Position numbers and translations under genes: made by a program. Below the pieces are notes generated by a model that was not told the DNA's origin, searched no databases, and worked only from the letters and a program-made list of their open reading frames with translations. This document shows, piece by piece, positions 10,120 through 20,953 of a DNA stretch of 64,000 nt; within the stretch, counting starts at the first letter, position 1, and every line of letters starts with the position of its first letter. This DNA comes from an uncultured delta proteobacterium (GTDB taxonomy: Bacteria > Desulfobacterota > Desulfobacteria > Desulfobacterales > B30-G6): assembly GCA_963823335.1 (NCBI GenBank), contig CAWGLD010000003.1:1-64000 (forward strand), in the 5' to 3' direction.

Positions 10120-10249
10120 TGATTGTTCTACAAACCGCGTGCTTGGCACGCGGTTCCGAACCTGAACTTACGGAGACGTGCCGTCTCCTTTGTTTTTCCC
10201 CCATTTTGGGGGAAATCCAAGCCACCCGTTTCACGGGTGGTAGTTGACT
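10120..10249. repeat. ~130-bp multi-hairpin repeat, copy 2
   Basis: The first ~70 bp are nearly identical to copy 1. It ends AAGCCACCCGTTTCACGGGTGGTAGTTGAC. Confidence 0.7.
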
Positions 10250-10503
10250 CTTCATCCGACTGAACAGCCAATGTTCGTCAATGCCCTATACATTGATGAT
10301 CAAGAAAAATGGTTGTCGCAGCAAAAATTTCGTTGTAAATTGATCAAAGAGACTTGATATTCGAAAATAAGAGCTTATTTTATCAGTTTGGTTTTCGATC
10401 GAAGACCGCTGCTTGCAAAAAAGCAAAAAGCTGTTTTCACATGTTTTGCAGATGGAATTTTACTCAAAAATAAACAAAAAATGCCAATATTGGATATAAA
10501 TGA

Positions 10504-10531
10504 TTGATTGTTGGCTATATTTTTATATAAT
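10504..10531 (+). promoter_or_regulatory. Candidate sigma70 promoter of the tRNA-tuf operon
   Basis: TTGATT-N16-TATAAT, about 200 bp upstream of tRNA-Thr. Confidence 0.4.
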
Positions 10532-10732
10532 GGGCCATAACTCGACTAAATAAATCATTATGAGGGTTGTAAAAAGCATTTCTATAAGATACAAGTCACT
10601 GTTTCGAGTCGCAACAATGAGCGTAGCATATACGGCGCGTTGCGGGGTTGCGGGCGAATCTAAATCCATAAATCTTTTCTGTCTGGCTGCAGGTACTATT
10701 TATTTGCAATCGTTTGTAAATACTATAAATGT

Positions 10733-10808
10733 GCCAGCGTAGCTCAGCTGGCAGAGCTACTGATTTGTAATCAGTGGGTCGGGGGTTCGAATCCCTCCGC
10801 TGGCTCCA
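10733..10808 (+). tRNA. tRNA-Thr(TGT)
   Basis: 76-nt cloverleaf with anticodon loop TT-TGT-AA and encoded CCA. Confidence 0.95.
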
Positions 10809-10886
10809 TTTTTGATGTAGGTGTTACTGTATCGTCGAAGCAGTATAGCGGTTCTTGTTTTCGGTGAGCAGGTGTTCAGTTGTTCA

Positions 10887-10971
10887 GGTGGGGTTCCCGA
10901 GTGGTCAAAGGGAACAGACTGTAAATCTGTCGGCGAAGCCTTCGGAGGTTCAAATCCTCCCCCCACCACCA
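10887..10971 (+). tRNA. tRNA-Tyr(GTA)
   Basis: 85 nt with a long variable arm, anticodon loop CT-GTA-AA and CCA. Confidence 0.95.
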
Positions 10972-11120
10972 GCCAAATGGTGAGTTGTATGTAGGAGATT
11001 TCGGTTATGAATCGGGGTCGCTAAAAACTACACGGCTTCTTTCTGAATGCATTTTCTGCAACTTGAAGAAACGTTGTTGTTTCCATGCCCTGTTTGACTG
11101 AAGGTCGACTGGTATTCGAA

Positions 11121-11196
11121 GCGGGAGTAGCTCAGTTGGTAGAGCTTCAGCCTTCCAAGCTGAATGTCGCGAGTTCGAGCCTCGTCTCCCGCTCCA
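11121..11196 (+). tRNA. tRNA-Gly(TCC)
   Basis: 76-nt cloverleaf with anticodon loop CT-TCC-AA and CCA. Confidence 0.95.
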
Positions 11197-11398
11197 AACT
11201 AAATTGGCAGAAGATTTGGCCATTGAAAGTCGACACTATGAGACCTTTGAAAAAGGCTCAATTTTGGTTCAGTTCAAGGAAGGCGAAAATTTTAACCACA
11301 GGAATACATAGGGTATTTTGAGGATTAAAATTTGAGCCTGACACGGAAATGGGGTAAAAGGGAGTGTTTTTCAAAGGTCTCACTATGGATTACCATCT

Positions 11399-11475
11399 GC
11401 CCACGTAGCTCAGTCGGTAGAGCGCTTCCTTGGTAAGGAAGAGGTTCATCGGTTCGATTCCGATCGTGGGCTCCA
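11399..11475 (+). tRNA. tRNA-Thr(GGT)
   Basis: 77-nt cloverleaf with anticodon loop TT-GGT-AA and CCA. Completes the classic Thr-Tyr-Gly-Thr-tuf order. Confidence 0.95.
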
Positions 11476-11648
11476 TAGTATTGAAGACTTTCGCAGACCC
11501 GACAAACCGGAATTTTCGACAGTCTGCAAGGAATGTTATGCGGCGCGGCAGTGCCTCGCAGCAACCTTAAGGAATTCTGCCTAACTTATAAAAATTGTTA
11601 AACAATATCATTTCAGCATCATTTCAAAACTCATGGGAGGGTGAGAAG

Positions 11649-12842
11649 ATGGCAAAGGAAAAATTTAATCGAACCAAGCCGCATGTAAACGTGGGAACGA
11701 TAGGCCATATCGATCACGGTAAGACAACCTTGACAGCGGCGATAACGAAGCATTGCGGGTTGAAAGGAATGGCGAGTTTCGTCCCGTTTGATCAGATAGA
11801 CAAGGCACCCGAGGAGAAAGAGCGGGGGATTACGATCGCGACGGCGCATGTGGAGTATGAGACGGTCAATCGTCATTATGCGCATGTGGACTGTCCCGGT
11901 CACGCTGACTATATCAAGAACATGATTACGGGAGCGGCCCAGATGGACGGAGCCATTCTGGTGGTAGGTGCGGATGACGGCCCCATGCCCCAGACCCGGG
12001 AACACATATTGCTGGCCCGTCAGGTGGGCGTTCCCCAGATCGTAGTATTTTTGAACAAATGCGACATGGTGGACGATGAGGAACTGGTGGAGCTGGTGGA
12101 GCTGGAGCTTCGGGAGTTGTTGGACAAATACGAGTTTCCCGGAGACGACACACCGATCATCCGCGGAAGCGCGTTGAAAGCGCTGGAGAGCGACGATGCC
12201 GATAGTGAAGAGGCCAAGTGTATATTCGAGCTTCTGGCCGCCGTTGACAGTTTTATACCGGAGCCCAAGCGTGACATAGACAAGCCGTTTTTGATGCCGA
12301 TAGAGGATGTTTTCAGCATATCGGGTCGCGGCACGGTGGTAACGGGTCGCGTGGAGCGCGGGATCGTGCATGTGAGCGACGAGGTTGAGATCGTAGGGAT
12401 TCGGCCGACCCAGAAAACGGTATGTACGGGTGTTGAGATGTTCCGGAAACTGTTGGATGAAGGTCGAGCCGGAGACAACATCGGTGTTCTGCTTCGAGGA
12501 ACCAAGCGTGACGAGGTTGAGCGTGGACAGGTTGTAGCGATACCGGGAACGATCACACCGCATACGAAGTTCAAGGCGGAAGTCTACATATTGAGCAAGG
12601 AAGAGGGTGGTCGTCATACGCCGTTTTTCAATGGATACCGTCCGCAGTTTTATTTTCGTACAACGGATGTGACAGGGATTCTGGATCTTCCCGAGGGAGT
12701 CGAGATGGTAATGCCGGGAGACAACGTGACCATAACGGCCGAACTGATCACACCCATTGCGATGGAAAAAGAGCTCAGGTTTGCCATACGTGAAGGCGGT
12801 CGGACCGTCGGTGCCGGAGTGGTTAGCGAAATAATCGAATAA
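11649..12842 (+). CDS. tuf: Elongation factor Tu (copy 1)
   Basis: [32 protein letters not shown] and NKCD motifs; SD GGGAGG. Confidence 0.99.
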   Translation: MAKEKFNRTKPHVNVGTIGHIDHGKTTLTAAITKHCGLKGMASFVPFDQIDKAPEEKERGITIATAHVEYETVNRHYAHVDCPGHADYIKNMITGAAQMDGAILVVGADDGPMPQTREHILLARQVGVPQIVVFLNKCDMVDDEELVELVELELRELLDKYEFPGDDTPIIRGSALKALESDDADSEEAKCIFELLAAVDSFIPEPKRDIDKPFLMPIEDVFSISGRGTVVTGRVERGIVHVSDEVEIVGIRPTQKTVCTGVEMFRKLLDEGRAGDNIGVLLRGTKRDEVERGQVVAIPGTITPHTKFKAEVYILSKEEGGRHTPFFNGYRPQFYFRTTDVTGILDLPEGVEMVMPGDNVTITAELITPIAMEKELRFAIREGGRTVGAGVVSEIIE

Positions 12843-12860
12843 CGGCGAAGGAGTTTACTG

Positions 12861-13010
12861 GTGAGAATAATAGTTACCCTTGCATGCACAGAATGCAAAA
12901 GAAGAAATTATACAACTACGAAGAACAAAAGAACGACACCGGACAAGCTGGAATTCAATAAATACTGCCGATTCTGTCGCAAACACACGTCGCACAAGGA
13001 AACGAAATAG
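12861..13010 (+). CDS. rpmG: 50S ribosomal protein L33 (zinc-ribbon type)
   Basis: GTG start after [55 protein letters not shown]. Confidence 0.95.
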   Translation: MRIIVTLACTECKRRNYTTTKNKRTTPDKLEFNKYCRFCRKHTSHKETK

Positions 13011-13058
13011 CGTGAAAAGCGATACAGGTGATAATGTTCATGATGACTCGTCCCATAC

Positions 13059-13134
13059 AGGCCAGTAGCTCTAACGGTAGAGCGTCGGACTCCAAATCCG
13101 GGTGTTGGGGGTTCGAATCCCTCCTGGCCTGCCA
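13059..13134 (+). tRNA. tRNA-Trp(CCA)
   Basis: 76-nt cloverleaf with anticodon loop CT-CCA-AA and CCA. Confidence 0.95.
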
Positions 13135-13237
13135 ATTTTATGGGAAGAGATTCGCAAACGATTAAAGCATTCTTCTGTGAACAATCGAAGAGCGGATATA
13201 CGCTTCTTCGGAAAATGTTCACGTTTTCAGGAGGCCA

Positions 13238-13639
13238 ATGGGACGCTTATTACGGAAAAAGACTTCGGGCCAGAAAAAATCATCGGCAACTGTTGCTGAT
13301 AAAGCATTGATGCCGGAAGAGGCAGTAGCGGACACGCCGAAAACGGGTCCTGAGAAAAAGAGCGCTGGCACGGCAATCAAAGCCAAGAAACTCGTACCGA
13401 TCAAGAAATTTTCTAAACCTGTCAAGGCTGTAAGCGGCAAGAAGGAACAGAATATTATTGATAAGGGCCTCCAATTTCTTAGAGAGGTCAGGGTAGAGCT
13501 AAAAAAGGTGACGTGGCCCTCCAGAAAGCAAACCATCGGATCTACTGTTGTTGTGGTGATACTTTCCATGATCATATCCCTTTTCCTCGGTGTTGTTGAT
13601 ATGGGGTTGTCAGGATTGATCCGGGTCATCCTCAATTAA
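13238..13639 (+). CDS. secE: Preprotein translocase subunit SecE with long Lys-rich N-terminus
   Basis: FLREVRVELKKVTWPS motif plus one C-terminal TM helix; located before nusG. Confidence 0.93.
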   Translation: MGRLLRKKTSGQKKSSATVADKALMPEEAVADTPKTGPEKKSAGTAIKAKKLVPIKKFSKPVKAVSGKKEQNIIDKGLQFLREVRVELKKVTWPSRKQTIGSTVVVVILSMIISLFLGVVDMGLSGLIRVILN

Positions 13640-13658
13640 ATATCAGGAGAAAAGCGAG

Positions 13659-14189
13659 ATGGCACTTAAATGGTATATCGTCCATGTTTATTCGGGATTT
13701 GAAAGCAAGGTCAAGATTGCGTTGGAAGAACGGGTTTCTTCATCTCCTCATCCCGAAAAATTTGGTGAAGTACTCGTGCCCACAGAGGAAATTGTCGAAT
13801 TGGTCAAGGGTAAACGAAAGACATCGTCTCGAAAATTTTATCCTGGGTATATTCTGGTACGGATGGAACTTGATGACGAAACCTGGCATATTGTCAATGA
13901 CACTGCCAAGGTCAGTGGTTTTTTAGGCGGCAGAGAAAGGCCGACACCCATATCGGATGAAGAGGCGGAGCAGATCATCAACCGCATGGAGGCAGGCAAA
14001 GAGAAGCCCCAACCCAAGTACTATTTCGAATCAGGTGACGAAATTCGGGTTATTGACGGCCCCTTCTCAAATTTCAATGGAACCGTAGAAGATGTGAACC
14101 CGGAAAAGGGAAAGATCAAGGTTCTGGTAAGCATTTTTGGTAGATCTACACCGGTCGAACTGGAGTTTGTACAGGTTCAAAAAATTTAG
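13659..14189 (+). CDS. nusG: Transcription termination/antitermination factor NusG
   Basis: [20 protein letters not shown] and the KOW motif [10 protein letters not shown]. Confidence 0.98.
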   Translation: MALKWYIVHVYSGFESKVKIALEERVSSSPHPEKFGEVLVPTEEIVELVKGKRKTSSRKFYPGYILVRMELDDETWHIVNDTAKVSGFLGGRERPTPISDEEAEQIINRMEAGKEKPQPKYYFESGDEIRVIDGPFSNFNGTVEDVNPEKGKIKVLVSIFGRSTPVELEFVQVQKI

Positions 14190-14213
14190 AAACAGGAATC
14201 AGGAGTATACCAA

Positions 14214-14636
14214 ATGGCAAAAAAAGTTATGGCTTTAATTAAACTTCAGGTTACGGCCGGGAAAGCAAATCCTTCCCCCCCGATTGGGCCCGCCTTGGGG
14301 CAGCACGGTGTCAATATCATGGATTTCTGCAAGGCTTTCAACGCCAGGACAGCCAATGATGAGGGAATGATTATACCTGTCGTGATCACGGTTTTCCAGG
14401 ACAGAACATTCAAATTCATCACCAAGACGCCACCGGCGGCTGTGCTTCTTAAAAAAGCAGCTGCGGTCGCAAAAGGTGCCGGTGATCCCAAGCGTGACCG
14501 CGTCGGGTCGGTCACGCGCGCGCAGGTAGAAGAGATCGCCAATCTCAAGATGGTTGATCTGAACGCCAATGATCTGGACGCGGCTTGCAAGATCATAAGT
14601 GGTACCGCTAGAAGTATGGGAATAGAGGTGAAATAG
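14214..14636 (+). CDS. rplK: 50S ribosomal protein L11
   Basis: [18 protein letters not shown]. Confidence 0.98.
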   Translation: MAKKVMALIKLQVTAGKANPSPPIGPALGQHGVNIMDFCKAFNARTANDEGMIIPVVITVFQDRTFKFITKTPPAAVLLKKAAAVAKGAGDPKRDRVGSVTRAQVEEIANLKMVDLNANDLDAACKIISGTARSMGIEVK

Positions 14637-14727
14637 TCTGTTTGCGGATATGACACGGCAGCCCTTGTTATAATATTATGTGTGTGGGTTGTTATATTTT
14701 AATGGCAAAAGGGAGTAAGTGAGCAAA

Positions 14728-15429
14728 ATGCCAAAACGGGGTAAAAATTATTTAGGTGCTGCGAAGAACTTGAGCAGCGAGAGACAGAGCATGGTAGATG
14801 CCTTGAAAACAGCCATCGATGCTTCGTTCGCCAAATTTGATGAAACAATAGACGTTGCCGTACGCCTGGGTGTCGATCCCAGACATGCGGATCAGATGAT
14901 ACGCGGCTCTGTCATTCTTCCCAATGGTCTCGGGAAGCAGGTAAGCGTTCTTGTTTTCGCCAAGGGGGAAAAAGAAACCGAGGCGCAGGAAGCAGGTGCT
15001 GATTTTGTTGGCAACGACGAATTGATTGAAAAGATTAAAGAGGGCTGGTTTGGCTTTGACAAAGCAGTGGCAACGCCAGACATCATGGGTTCTGTCGGGA
15101 AAATTGGAAAATTGCTTGGCCCGCGTGGTCTGATGCCGAATGCCAAAACAGGCACGGTGACCTTTGATGTGGCCCGGGCTATTCAGGAGCTCAAGGCTGG
15201 GAAAATTGATTTTCGAGTCGAAAAAGCGGGAATTATACATGCGCCCATGGGAAAAGTGTCATTTGGTGTAGACAAGATTTTTCAGAATCTAAGCGCATTT
15301 TTGGAAACCATCGTTCGACTTAAGCCGGCGTCCAGCAAAGGAACTTATCTTAAGGGAATAGCTGTCTCCACGACAATGGGACCCGGGATTAAGATTGACA
15401 TTTCCTCTTTAAAAGATCTGACCAAGTAG
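14728..15429 (+). CDS. rplA: 50S ribosomal protein L1
   Basis: [15 protein letters not shown] and [15 protein letters not shown]. The start could be the GTG at 14719. Confidence 0.97.
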   Translation: MPKRGKNYLGAAKNLSSERQSMVDALKTAIDASFAKFDETIDVAVRLGVDPRHADQMIRGSVILPNGLGKQVSVLVFAKGEKETEAQEAGADFVGNDELIEKIKEGWFGFDKAVATPDIMGSVGKIGKLLGPRGLMPNAKTGTVTFDVARAIQELKAGKIDFRVEKAGIIHAPMGKVSFGVDKIFQNLSAFLETIVRLKPASSKGTYLKGIAVSTTMGPGIKIDISSLKDLTK

Positions 15430-15557
15430 ACTGTTCCTGAAAAAGGATTACACAGGTTTGAATCTGCCAAGACCGCCCAACGTACAACCTGAGTGTGCTG
15501 TTCTGATGCTCTCGCGGGGATGGATAGTCTCTTGTGCAGCCAATATCAATGAAAAAA

Positions 15558-15623
15558 GCCTGTCAAAGACAGTAGGTGCACTTATACGTGCCTAAGTGGC
15601 CACGCCATCCTACCGAGGCGGCT
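15558..15623 (+). promoter_or_regulatory. L10 leader RNA (autogenous control of rplJL)
   Basis: AGACAGTAGGTG...CCTAA...CCTACCGAGG pattern upstream of rplJ, followed by a hairpin that pairs with the SD region. Confidence 0.75.
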
Positions 15624-15697
15624 TATTGAAGCAAATTCTGCAAAGGTTTGTCTCCTCCGGTTTTTTTCAGAAAAAAGGAAGGAGGTGTGAGTTAACA

Positions 15698-16219
15698 TTG
15701 AAAAAAGAAGAAAAAAAACTGATCACCGAAAATCTCAAAAAAAGATTTTCAAAATCGAAGGTTGTCATCGTCACTGACTACAAAGGTCTTGACGTCATGG
15801 CCATCAACGCCCTGCGTCGGAAACTCAGGGAAGAAGATGTTGATTATCAGGTTGCCAAGAACACGCTTCTCATCAGGGCATCTGAAGGTACTGACGTTGC
15901 GGGCATTAAGGAAAGCTTCGTTGGTCCCAGTGCGATAGCCATCAGTTATGAGGATCCTGTTGCGCCGGCAAAAGTTCTTACCGAATTTGCCAAGGAGAAT
16001 CAAAAACTTGAGATCAAAGCCGGTGTCATGGGGAATAGGGTACTGGACGCCGCTGCCATCAAGTCTCTGGCATCCCTGCCGTCTCGGGAAGTTCTCCTGG
16101 GACAGGTGCTTTCTGCCATGAATGGCGTTCCGACCGCCTTTGTAAGAGTACTCAATGGTGTTACCAGAAATTTCCTCAACGTTCTGACCGCGATAAAAGA
16201 TCAGAAGGAAGCCGGATAA
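15698..16219 (+). CDS. rplJ: 50S ribosomal protein L10
   Basis: TTG start after AAGGAGGTG; DYKGL, VAKNTL and LASLPSREVL motifs. Confidence 0.95.
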   Translation: MKKEEKKLITENLKKRFSKSKVVIVTDYKGLDVMAINALRRKLREEDVDYQVAKNTLLIRASEGTDVAGIKESFVGPSAIAISYEDPVAPAKVLTEFAKENQKLEIKAGVMGNRVLDAAAIKSLASLPSREVLLGQVLSAMNGVPTAFVRVLNGVTRNFLNVLTAIKDQKEAG

Positions 16220-16256
16220 TTAAAAAAGTAAAAAATAAATTGGAGGATGCATTAAA

Positions 16257-16643
16257 ATGGCTGATATAACAAAAGAAGATGTAATTGAATTTATAGCGAG
16301 TATGTCTGTTCTGGATCTATCGGAACTTGTCAAGGAAATGGAAGAAAAATTCGGTGTTTCAGCTGCGGCTCCTGTAGCCATGATGGCAGCGGGTGTCGGT
16401 GATGCAGGTGCTGGGGCAGAGGAAGAGGAACAGACCGAATTCGATGTTATCCTGGTGGCTGCAGGTGATAAAAAAATAGCGGTTATCAAGGAAGTCCGGG
16501 CAATCACGGGCCTTGGTCTGAAGGATGCCAAGGCGCTTGTCGATGAGGCACCCAAACCCGTCAAAGAGGGTCTTGCCAAGGAAGAAGCACAGAAGCTCGT
16601 TACTCAGCTTGAAGAAGCCGGTGCCCAGGTTGAAATGAAATAG
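16257..16643 (+). CDS. rplL: 50S ribosomal protein L7/L12
   Basis: [11 protein letters not shown] and [20 protein letters not shown]. Confidence 0.98.
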   Translation: MADITKEDVIEFIASMSVLDLSELVKEMEEKFGVSAAAPVAMMAAGVGDAGAGAEEEEQTEFDVILVAAGDKKIAVIKEVRAITGLGLKDAKALVDEAPKPVKEGLAKEEAQKLVTQLEEAGAQVEMK

Positions 16644-16680
16644 CATTTTATCTGTTTAGCCTGTTTGGTCAATTTACCTG

Positions 16681-16726
16681 TCAAGTTGGTTCGGCCCGTT
16701 AGAACAATCAAGCCGAACCGACTTGA
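16681..16726 (+). terminator. Hairpin between rplL and rpoB (attenuator or processing-site candidate)
   Basis: TCAAGTTGGTTCGGC...GCCGAACCGACTTGA 15-bp stem with no clear U-tract. Confidence 0.45.
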
Positions 16727-16827
16727 TGGGTTGTCTGGCTGGGCCGGCTTGTCTCATGACTTGTGAAGTAAAATATAGGAACTGTAAGTTAAACCGATAC
16801 AGAACCTTTTAAAAAATTGGAGATGCC

Positions 16828-19800
16828 ATGTCGAATAGACCTTCGGCCACAAAGCGCATTCGAAAGAATTTTGGTAAAATACGTAAGATAGTGGATATTC
16901 CGGACCTGATTGGTATGCAGAGGGAATCCTTTGCACGTTTCCTGCAAATGGATATCCCTCCGGAACAAAGAGAGGAGATTGGCCTGCAGGCTGTATTCAA
17001 GTCCGTATATCCGATCAAAGATTTTACCGGTAGCGCTTCTCTCGAATTCGTCTCCTACCGATTTGGAGAAATCAAGCACAGCGAAGAGGAATGTGTTCAA
17101 AGGGGCATGACCTATGAGCTGCCTGTACGCATTACGGTTCGTCTTGTTGTTTACGAGGTAGATAAAGAATCCGGCGTGTCCAATATCCGTGACATCAAAG
17201 AGCAGGAAATCTACTTTGGAACGATTCCCCTTATGACGGAAAAGGGGACTTTCATCATTAACGGAACCGAGCGTGTCGTTGTAAGCCAGCTGCACCGGTC
17301 GTCCGGCGTATTTTTCGACCATGACAAGGGAAAGTCACATTCCAGTGGTAAAATTATATACAGCTCGCGGATCATACCGGTACGGGGTTCCTGGATCGAC
17401 ATGGAAATCGACCCCAAAGATATTTTGCACATCCGAATCGATCGGAGACGCAAATTTCCGATAACGATTCTGTTCAAAGCCTTTGGTTATTCAACCCAGG
17501 ATATCCTTTCCTATTTTTACAGTTTTGACCGGATCTTTTTAAAGGGCAAGAAAATTCTCAAAGCCTTCAACCCGGAACTTCTGAAGGGTCAACGGGCCGC
17601 CGAAACTATCAAGGATCCTGGATCTGGAGAGGTCATCGTTAAGAAAGGGCGTATCTTCACCAAGCGGTCTCTCAAACAGATGACCGACAGCGGAATCGAA
17701 ACAATTCCCGTCAGCAGAGAATCGCTGGAAAATCGTATCTCGGCCTATGCCATTAACGATCCGGAAACCGGTGATGTGCTTGCCGGGCCCAATACGATAA
17801 TAGATGTGGAAATTCTGGACCGGATCCTCGAATCAGGTATCACCGAATTTGAGATCCTGCACATTGACGGTGTTACAAGCAGCGAATCGATTCATAAAAC
17901 CCTCAATCTCGACAAAGTAGAGAAAAAGGAAGATGCCCTGATAGAGATTTACAGGCGCTTGAGACCCGGGAATCCTGCAACACCTGAAGTGGCTCAGGAT
18001 TTCATGGATCATTTGTTCTTCAAGTCGTCTTATTATGATTTATCAAGTGTCGGCCGGCTCAAATTGAACTTGCGATTGGGTATTGAGACGCCGATACAGC
18101 TCAGAACACTCAGGAAAGAAGATATTTTTCTGACGGCCAAGACACTTCTGGCGCTCAAAGATACACAGGGCGTTGTCGATGATATCGATCACCTGGGCAA
18201 TCGTCGCGTGCGTGCGGTGGGCGAGCTTCTGGAAAACCAGTACCGTATCGGACTGGTGAGGATGGAACGGGCCATAAAGGAGAGGATGAGCCTTCAGGAG
18301 GTCGATGCGCTTATGCCGCATGATCTCGTCAATCCCAAACCGGTTTCAGCTGTCGTCAAAGAATTTTTCGGAACGAGCCAGCTCAGCCAGTTCATGGACC
18401 AGACCAATCCGCTGTCCGAGACTACACATAAGCGGCGACTTAGCGCCTTGGGGCCGGGCGGACTGACGCGTGAACGGGCCGGATTTGAAGTCCGGGATGT
18501 GCACCCTTCACATTATGGCAGAATCTGCCCCATCGAAACTCCCGAGGGTCCCAACATCGGTCTGATTGTCTCCCTGAGCACCTATGCGCGGGTGAACAAT
18601 TTTGGATTTATCGAAACGCCTTACCAGGTTGTTGAGAATTCCAAGGTAACCGACAAGGTCAAATTCCTGAGCGCCTTCGAAGAAAAAAAACATCCTATCG
18701 CCCAGGCCAACGCCACCATCAACGCCAAGAGGGAATTTGTCAATCAACTGGTAACGTCCCGGGTTGAGGGTGAGTTTATGATGGTCAACCGGGAGGATCT
18801 CGAGTTTATGGACATTTCACCCAATCAGCTCGTGAGTGTGTCCGCCTCTTTGATTCCCTTCCTCGAAAACGACGATGCCAACAGGGCCTTGATGGGATCC
18901 AACATGCAGCGGCAGGCTGTACCGTTGATCATGAACGAAGCACCACTTGTGGGTACCGGTATAGAAGGTGTTGTTGCCAAAGATTCCGGTGTCACCATTG
19001 TGGCGGGCCGGGATGGGGTTGTGGAGGATGTCGATGCTTCCCGAATCGTCCTTTCACACGGCCGGACCGATGATGGATTTGAAAAGCCGGTGACCGTTTA
19101 CAACCTTTCCAAGTTCAGCCGTTCAAATCAGAACACCTGCTTTAACCACCGGCCCATTGTCAGAAAGGGTGACATCATTTCAGCCGGTGATATCATCGCA
19201 GACGGGCCTGCCACTGACCAGGGAGAGCTCGCCCTCGGGAAAAACGTTACCGTGGCGTTTATGCCCTGGGGGGGATATAACTTTGAAGATTCAATCCTGG
19301 TGAGTGAAAGACTGGTTCGGGACGGCACCTATACCTCTGTGCACATCGAAGAATTCGAGGTGGTCGCCAGGGACACCAAACTGGGCAAGGAAGAAATAAC
19401 GAGAGACATCCCGAATGTCGGTGAAGAGGCGCTCAAAGACCTGGATGAAAGCGGAATTATACGACTCGGAGCCGAGGTGACCCAAGGGGATATTCTGGTT
19501 GGGAAAATTACACCCAAGGGCGACACACAACTCTCACCCGAAGAAAAACTTCTGCGGGCGATATTCGGTGAAAAGGCCGGAGACGTCAAGGATACATCTC
19601 TGCGCGTACCACCGGGTGTTGAGGGTATCGTCATCGATGCCAAGGTCTTCGCCAGAAGGGGGACCGAAAAAGATGAACGGGCCCAACTCATAGAGAGTGA
19701 GGAGGTCGGCATACTTGAAAACAACCGGGATGCCAAACTAGTTGTCATGAGCGAGATGATGCAAACCCGGATCGAGGAGATCCTGGTGGGGCAAAAATGC

Positions 19801-20922
19801 GCATCACCCCTGAAAAAAGGCCAAAAGACGCTTCTCAAGAAAGATAAACTGATCGACAGAGACATGTTGAAAGGCATCCCCGTGGCCCATTTTGAAGGCA
19901 TTGTTTTGGGCGATGCGGAAATCACCGAGAAGGTTCACGATAACCTGGAGCTCTATCGCAAGGAGCAGGAACGTGTACGGGATGAGTTCGAGGGCAAGCT
20001 TCTTCGGTACGAAAGGGGCGACGAAATGCCGCCGGGTGTCATCAAGATGGTCAAGGTATATGTGGCCATGAAACGCAAACTCTCTGTGGGCGACAAGATG
20101 GCCGGACGGCACGGCAACAAGGGTGTCGTGTCCAGAATCCTGCCGGTGGAAGACATGCCGTATTTCGAGAACGGCGAAACCGTGGACATGGTCCTCAACC
20201 CATTGGGTGTCCCATCGCGTATGAACGTGGGCCAGATTCTGGAGATTCATCTGGGATGTGTGGCAAAAGGTCTCGGCGATCAACTCAACCAGTTCATGAG
20301 AGACAATGAAATGAATCTGATCCGGGAAAAGATGAAACGGATCTTTGACGACGACGCTATTCATCAGATGGTTCAAAAGATGGATGACGGTGAATTGAGG
20401 GATTTTACTCAGGGATATGCCAATGGCGTTCACATGGCCACTCCGGTATTTGACGGTGCAAAAGAAGATGAAGTGAAAGCCCTCCTGAAAGAGGCTGGAC
20501 TGTCCACGACCGCTCAGACGACACTTTATGACGGTCATACAGGCGAGGCCTTCAAGGGAAAAATTACCGTGGGTACCATGTACATGCTGAAACTGCATCA
20601 TTTGGTGGACGATAAAATTCATGCCAGATCCATCGGACCCTATTCCCTGGTAACCCAGCAGCCACTGGGAGGCAAGGCACAGTTCGGCGGCCAGCGTCTC
20701 GGGGAAATGGAGGTCTGGGCCATGGAAGCCTATGGCGCTGCGCATGCTCTCCAGGAATTCATTACCGTCAAGTCAGACGATATGGCCGGTAGAACACGGA
20801 TGTACGAAAAGATCGTAAAAGGTCAGAATGTGCTGGAACCCGGCATACCCGAATCCTTCAAGGTCCTGACAAAGGAACTGCAGAGTTTAGGTCTGGACGT
20901 AACGCTCCTGGAAGAAGGTTGA
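16828..20922 (+). CDS. rpoB: RNA polymerase beta subunit
   Basis: 1364 aa with [24 protein letters not shown] and GGQRLGEME. Confidence 0.99.
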   Translation: MSNRPSATKRIRKNFGKIRKIVDIPDLIGMQRESFARFLQMDIPPEQREEIGLQAVFKSVYPIKDFTGSASLEFVSYRFGEIKHSEEECVQRGMTYELPVRITVRLVVYEVDKESGVSNIRDIKEQEIYFGTIPLMTEKGTFIINGTERVVVSQLHRSSGVFFDHDKGKSHSSGKIIYSSRIIPVRGSWIDMEIDPKDILHIRIDRRRKFPITILFKAFGYSTQDILSYFYSFDRIFLKGKKILKAFNPELLKGQRAAETIKDPGSGEVIVKKGRIFTKRSLKQMTDSGIETIPVSRESLENRISAYAINDPETGDVLAGPNTIIDVEILDRILESGITEFEILHIDGVTSSESIHKTLNLDKVEKKEDALIEIYRRLRPGNPATPEVAQDFMDHLFFKSSYYDLSSVGRLKLNLRLGIETPIQLRTLRKEDIFLTAKTLLALKDTQGVVDDIDHLGNRRVRAVGELLENQYRIGLVRMERAIKERMSLQEVDALMPHDLVNPKPVSAVVKEFFGTSQLSQFMDQTNPLSETTHKRRLSALGPGGLTRERAGFEVRDVHPSHYGRICPIETPEGPNIGLIVSLSTYARVNNFGFIETPYQVVENSKVTDKVKFLSAFEEKKHPIAQANATINAKREFVNQLVTSRVEGEFMMVNREDLEFMDISPNQLVSVSASLIPFLENDDANRALMGSNMQRQAVPLIMNEAPLVGTGIEGVVAKDSGVTIVAGRDGVVEDVDASRIVLSHGRTDDGFEKPVTVYNLSKFSRSNQNTCFNHRPIVRKGDIISAGDIIADGPATDQGELALGKNVTVAFMPWGGYNFEDSILVSERLVRDGTYTSVHIEEFEVVARDTKLGKEEITRDIPNVGEEALKDLDESGIIRLGAEVTQGDILVGKITPKGDTQLSPEEKLLRAIFGEKAGDVKDTSLRVPPGVEGIVIDAKVFARRGTEKDERAQLIESEEVGILENNRDAKLVVMSEMMQTRIEEILVGQKCASPLKKGQKTLLKKDKLIDRDMLKGIPVAHFEGIVLGDAEITEKVHDNLELYRKEQERVRDEFEGKLLRYERGDEMPPGVIKMVKVYVAMKRKLSVGDKMAGRHGNKGVVSRILPVEDMPYFENGETVDMVLNPLGVPSRMNVGQILEIHLGCVAKGLGDQLNQFMRDNEMNLIREKMKRIFDDDAIHQMVQKMDDGELRDFTQGYANGVHMATPVFDGAKEDEVKALLKEAGLSTTAQTTLYDGHTGEAFKGKITVGTMYMLKLHHLVDDKIHARSIGPYSLVTQQPLGGKAQFGGQRLGEMEVWAMEAYGAAHALQEFITVKSDDMAGRTRMYEKIVKGQNVLEPGIPESFKVLTKELQSLGLDVTLLEEG

Positions 20923-20953
20923 AACAACTAAACGCATAAAAAGGTAACTATCT

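Noticed and set aside
9866-10249. CRISPR array or riboswitch pair
   Set aside because: Only two ~130-bp units with a ~126-bp spacer and no cas genes. I could not match c-di-GMP or other riboswitch consensus motifs.
18361-18450. RpoB rifampicin-region variant LSETTHKRR
   Set aside because: The residues classically linked to resistance (D, H, S equivalents of E. coli 516, 526, 531) are wild type, so this is probably lineage variation.
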